A stretch of DNA of 64,000 bases from Bugula neritina (Eukaryota > Animalia > Bryozoa), in NCBI GenBank assembly GCA_964035545.1, contig OZ037765.1, forward strand, positions 26,535,504 to 26,599,503. Direction: 5' to 3'. Numbering within the stretch: position 1 is the first letter of the stretch; the number at the start of each line of letters is the position of its first letter. A program made the translations under genes and the position numbers. Under the pieces are notes generated by a model. The model searched no databases. It saw only the letters and a program-made list of their open reading frames with translations, and was not told where the DNA came from. Positions 63,684-64,000 of this stretch are shown here, one piece after another.

Positions 63684-64000
63684 CTGCAAAAGTATACTGT
63701 TTTCATTAACAAATCTATACACAGACCATCACAAACTGCAAAACTTTATATATTATGCACTTGTCCTATAACATATAGTCCTACGAATTATGCTAATATA
63801 TGCTTAAAGTTATGGGTTGAAACTTTGTAGCATAACTATCTACTTTCTATAGCAATAGTTGTAGCGACAACTCCCAGTGTGAACCCTAGTTTACATCTCT
63901 TACTATTCTATAAGAACAGTGATTTATTGGACAGTAGACGATTTAATAGAATAATCAGCTTCAACAAATCCAAACATATTATGTATGTTGAACATTACGT

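Overview
AT-rich, intron-dense invertebrate (metazoan) genomic DNA. Host genes from left to right: the 3' part of a large lipid transfer protein gene (apolipophorin/vitellogenin-type, VWD-C8-VWA-like end, +); an unknown K/E-rich gene (+); a small single-pass membrane protein gene not shown in the ORF track (-); RSRC1 (-) head-to-head with EEF2KMT/FAM86 (+); two divergently oriented paralogues with an unusual RING - hydrophobic hairpin - ZZ - ZZ architecture; a C1orf87-like EF-hand gene (-); and a long coiled-coil gene (-) that runs off the right edge. Mobile DNA: an apparently intact Buster/SPIN-type hAT transposon whose GC-AG intron carries a tRNA-like Pol III cassette; a very young full-length Ty3/Gypsy element with a third, C2H2-zinc-finger ORF in the env position, nested in one of two inverted CAC...GTG MITEs between the RING-ZZ paralogues; a solo LTR of the same family; three tRNA-derived SINEs; and 15-bp-unit repeats. 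Best candidates for undescribed biology: the RING-TM-ZZ-ZZ pair, the Gypsy zinc-finger ORF3, the tRNA-like cassette in the transposase intron, and quasi-palindromic simple-sequence tracts recurring at gene 5' ends. All gene models were built by eye from splice signals and reading frame; no database searches were run, and homology calls rest on recalled motifs.
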